DNA of 64,000 nucleotides from positions 1,472,001-1,536,000 of the forward strand of contig CAWGHO010000003.1 of the NCBI GenBank assembly GCA_963822445.1, given 5' to 3'. The DNA comes from an uncultured Acidobacteriota bacterium. GTDB lineage: Bacteria; Acidobacteriota; Thermoanaerobaculia; Gp7-AA8. The notes below the pieces were generated by a model. It searched no databases and was not told the DNA's origin. It saw only the letters and a list, made by a program, of their open reading frames with translations. Positions 60,878 to 64,000 of this stretch are shown here, in pieces (the first letter of the stretch is position 1; each line of letters opens with the position of its first letter). Position numbers and translations under genes: made by a program.

Positions 60878-62641
60878 ATGCCTGACGCCCCACTCGAGCC
60901 GCAGGGCCTCGAGCGAAAGCTCACGGAACAGCGGATGCAGAGTGAGCAGCTGCGGCTGCTCGGCAGTGCCGTTCATGTCACTCCGGAAGGCATCGCCATC
61001 CTCACGCCGGCGGTCGAAGCGGTGGGGCCGCGCATCGCGTTCGTCAACGACGGCTTCTGCTCGATTTACGGCTATCGCCGCGATGACGTCATTGGCCAGA
61101 CCCCGCTGATCTTCGGGATCGTCGAGCGCCACCAGTCGATCTTCGATTCCCTGCTGCAGCACGTCTTCGAGCACCGGCCGTTCTCGGCCGACGCGACGGC
61201 TCGCAGGGCGGATGGGGACGAGTTCGAGCTCGATCTGCAGCTCGTTCCGGTCGAAGACGGCGGTCAGCTGACGCATTGGGTCGCGTTCCTGCGTGACGTG
61301 ACGGCCGCGAAGCACCAGGTCGTCTCCCTGCGCCACCAGGCCACGCACGATGCGCTCACCGGGCTACCGAACCGCACGCTGCTCTTCGAGTCGCTCGAAC
61401 GGGCGATCGAGACCGCGCGCGGTGATCAGACCATTGTCGCGCTGATGGTCATGGACCTCGACCGCTTCAAGGAAGTGAACGACACGTTTGGCCATCACTT
61501 CGGCGACACGCTCCTCAAGCAGGTCGCCTTCCGCGTGCAGAACCAGCTTCACGATAGCGACGTCGTCGCGCGACTCGGCGGCGACGAGTTCGCGATCGTC
61601 CTGCCCAAGGCCGACGACACCAACGACGTCTCCGGGGCCGCGCGCCGGATTCTCAACACGCTCGAACAGCCGTTCGTGATCGAGGGGCAGGTTCTCGACG
61701 TCGGCGCGAGCATCGGCATCGCCCTGTTTCCGGAGCACGGCACCGACGCGCGCACGCTCCTGCGCCGCGCAGACGTCGCGATGTACACCGCCAAGCAGCA
61801 GCAGAGCGGCTACAGCTTTCATCGCGAGGAGCTGGAAACCCGCTCGCCCGATCAACTCGCGCTGGTCGTGGAGCTCCGCGGCGCGATCGAGCGCAATGAG
61901 CTCGAGCTGCATTTCCAGCCCAAGCTGCATCTGCGCAGTGGACTGATGACCCGCGCCGAGGTGCTGATGCGCTGGAATCACCCCCAGCGCGGCCTGCTCT
62001 CACCGATCCACTTCATTCCGATGGCCGAGCGCACCGGGTTGATCCGCTCGATGACCGACTGGCTGCTCGATCGCGCCCTGCAGCAGGTTCGCGAATGGCA
62101 GGACCAGGGCGCGCCGGTTCACATCGCCATCAATATCTCCGCGCGCAGCCTGCTCGATCAGGCATTGCCCTCGAAGGTGCAGAAGAAGCTCGATCAGTGG
62201 AAAGTCGACCCGCGCTTTCTCAAGGTCGAGATCACCGAGAGCAGCATCATGGCCGACCCCGCGCACGCGCTGGCCATCCTGTCGATGCTCCAGTCGATGG
62301 GCGTGCGCCTGTCGATCGATGACTTCGGCACGGGCTACTCGTCGCTCACACATCTGCGCGAGCTGCCGGTCGACGAGATCAAGATCGACAAGTCCTTCGT
62401 CATCGGCATGACCCGCAATGAAGCCGACGCGGCAATCGTCCGCACCGTCATCGACCTCGCCCACAACCTCGGCAAACAGGTCTGCGCTGAAGGAGTCGAG
62501 GATCGCGAGACCTGGCAGATGCTGATGGAGCTCGGTTGCGACTTGGCCCAGGGTTACTGGATCGGGAAGCCGATGAACGCTGCTGCGCTCATGACCTGGC
62601 TCAAGACGACGTCGTGGGGAATGACCAGGAACGCTATCTAG
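60878..62641 (+). CDS. PAS-GGDEF-EAL c-di-GMP signalling protein
   Basis: HDALTGLPNR, DLDRFKEVND, ARLGGDEF, AEVLMRW, EITES, DDFGTGYSSL, IKID, AEGVE, QGY; alternative start 60866. Confidence 0.95.
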   Translation: MPDAPLEPQGLERKLTEQRMQSEQLRLLGSAVHVTPEGIAILTPAVEAVGPRIAFVNDGFCSIYGYRRDDVIGQTPLIFGIVERHQSIFDSLLQHVFEHRPFSADATARRADGDEFELDLQLVPVEDGGQLTHWVAFLRDVTAAKHQVVSLRHQATHDALTGLPNRTLLFESLERAIETARGDQTIVALMVMDLDRFKEVNDTFGHHFGDTLLKQVAFRVQNQLHDSDVVARLGGDEFAIVLPKADDTNDVSGAARRILNTLEQPFVIEGQVLDVGASIGIALFPEHGTDARTLLRRADVAMYTAKQQQSGYSFHREELETRSPDQLALVVELRGAIERNELELHFQPKLHLRSGLMTRAEVLMRWNHPQRGLLSPIHFIPMAERTGLIRSMTDWLLDRALQQVREWQDQGAPVHIAINISARSLLDQALPSKVQKKLDQWKVDPRFLKVEITESSIMADPAHALAILSMLQSMGVRLSIDDFGTGYSSLTHLRELPVDEIKIDKSFVIGMTRNEADAAIVRTVIDLAHNLGKQVCAEGVEDRETWQMLMELGCDLAQGYWIGKPMNAAALMTWLKTTSWGMTRNAI

Positions 62642-63026
62642 TCCTGACGTCGACCTTCGCCTTCAACCGCTTGTTGATCTTGTCCAGCTCCCGCTTCAGC
62701 TCGCGCCTCGTGTACCAGCTGCGAGGCGTGGTCGCGATCTGCGTGCCGGTTAGGGAAAACGCGTCGGGCCACTGTTGGGTGACGCCCATCTGCGTGCCGG
62801 CGAGCGGCATCATCAGGGTGGGGAAGGGGTGAAAGTTCCAGCTCGTGCCGAGGGCGTTAAAGCGGACGGAGTCGGGGAAGTAAGTGACCGGCGATTCTTC
62901 CTCGACGTCGATCGACATCACGAACTCCTGAATCGCCTCTTTCGAGTAATCCGGCTTCGGCGCCTCCTGCGCGGATGCGCTCGCGGCCAGGAGAAGGATC
63001 AGGAAGGTTGCGCTCGCTTTCATCAT
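62634..63026 (-). CDS. Secreted hypothetical protein
   Basis: Signal peptide MMKASATFLILLLAASASA-QE. Confidence 0.7.
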   Translation of the reverse strand: MMKASATFLILLLAASASAQEAPKPDYSKEAIQEFVMSIDVEEESPVTYFPDSVRFNALGTSWNFHPFPTLMMPLAGTQMGVTQQWPDAFSLTGTQIATTPRSWYTRRELKRELDKINKRLKAKVDVRTR

Positions 63027-63120
63027 CGTGTCTCTGACGTTCAACTATGCAAAACCGTTACGCAGTCTATCGCCAGAGTCCGGTGGAGGACGAGCGCATC
63101 TCATCCTCCACCTGTCAGGT

Positions 63121-64000
63121 TTAGTAGACGAGGAAGCGGTCGAAACCGAACGCGTAGCGCCATCCGTCCATCGCCTCGCGGTAGACGATGTTCGGATTGT
63201 TGAAGTCGTTGCCGGTCTCGGTCAGGAACAGGATTACCCCGCGCGTGGGCGGGAAGCGCGGTCCATCAGGCGTCGTGAATTGGAACCCGTTGTAACGAAC
63301 GGTGATGCGATCGCCTTTCTCGAACGGTCCCGCGAAGAGCTCATGCAGCGCGAACAGCGTCGTGGTGTCGGCGTACCCGAACTCGTTGGCCGTCTGCGCG
63401 ACCGTTCCGTTGGACTTGACGTGCTGGATGATCAGAGAGCCGTGGCCGCCCAGGCTGCGGACGCCGACGGCGACGCGGGAGTCGGTGGCGCTGCGGAGCG
63501 GAAAGACGACCTTCGGATTCGTGTTGAGCTGATCGCGGCCCCAGAGCGCCGGGATGCGCGTTCCGAAGCGGCGCCCGTCCTGCGCACGGTTCTCGATGAC
63601 CGCGTCGACGAGCGGGCTGGGCAGGCCGAGGTTGGAAACGACTTCGATGGTGCCGGTGCCGGTTGCGCCGAGGCTGGCCATGATGTCGTCGATGACGACG
63701 GTGTCGTCGCCGTCGAGCGCATAGGGTATTGATGGATCGGTGTCGCTCGGCGCCGTGCCGAGCGGGCGGAAGTAGATGCGGCCCTGGTAGAGCTTCGGCG
63801 CTTCCGCGTCGCCGCCAACCTGCCCGACGCCGATTCCGGTTCCGGTGAGGATGACCGCCGTGGAGAAGTTCGCGCCGTTCGCTCCCGGCGCGCGGCCGGC
63901 CATCGGGATGTACCGCGTTCCGGCGATGGTGGCCATCGTTTCATCGGCCTCGACGACGTAGAGCACGTCGTCCTTGCAGGGCACCCACGTCGGATCCTCG
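63121..64000 (-). CDS. Hypothetical (probably secreted) protein, C-terminal part; 5' end outside window
   Basis: YIPMAGRAPGANGANFST.V.L, V.I.DI.A.LG.TG.G beta-sandwich pattern; frame open to window edge. Confidence 0.75.
   Translation of the reverse strand, partial: EDPTWVPCKDDVLYVVEADETMATIAGTRYIPMAGRAPGANGANFSTAVILTGTGIGVGQVGGDAEAPKLYQGRIYFRPLGTAPSDTDPSIPYALDGDDTVVIDDIMASLGATGTGTIEVVSNLGLPSPLVDAVIENRAQDGRRFGTRIPALWGRDQLNTNPKVVFPLRSATDSRVAVGVRSLGGHGSLIIQHVKSNGTVAQTANEFGYADTTTLFALHELFAGPFEKGDRITVRYNGFQFTTPDGPRFPPTRGVILFLTETGNDFNNPNIVYREAMDGWRYAFGFDRFLVY

Overview
A GC-rich bacterial chromosomal window, almost fully coding (about 60 CDS). Gene content (GWxTD protein, TonB with GGVEGG repeats, TIGR02999-type ECF plus Ser/Thr kinase, PGANG-type secreted domains) suggests Acidobacteriota, probably Thermoanaerobaculia; this is an inference. 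Mostly housekeeping or metabolic genes: acyl-CoA/leucine catabolism, a nucleoside-type ABC system with many frameshifts, ribBA, a TPR-TonB-ExbB-ExbD-ExbD operon, thiolase, PAS hybrid kinase, mgtE, thioredoxin, cardiolipin synthase, clpS-clpA-aat, pepE, a UvrD-like helicase and PAS-GGDEF-EAL. There are three toxin-antitoxin pairs and one antitoxin relic. I saw no rRNA, tRNA, CRISPR array or transposase. Best leads: (1) an operon pairing an active L,D-transpeptidase with a catalytically dead paralogue and a phosphatidyltransferase behind a sigma54-like promoter; (2) three intergenic elements of tandem 7-8-mer array / short spacer / inverted array, each with a different unit; (3) a membrane protein with a C-terminal HhH-like domain; (4) an ECF/kinase module upstream of a secreted Notum/pectin-acetylesterase-like hydrolase; (5) an M23 peptidase next to a divergent bactofilin-like gene; (6) a TDO-like heme enzyme lacking the GTGGS loop; (7) a window-wide pattern of -10 boxes just upstream of start codons (leaderless mRNAs). 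All family calls come from motif recognition by eye; no database search was run.
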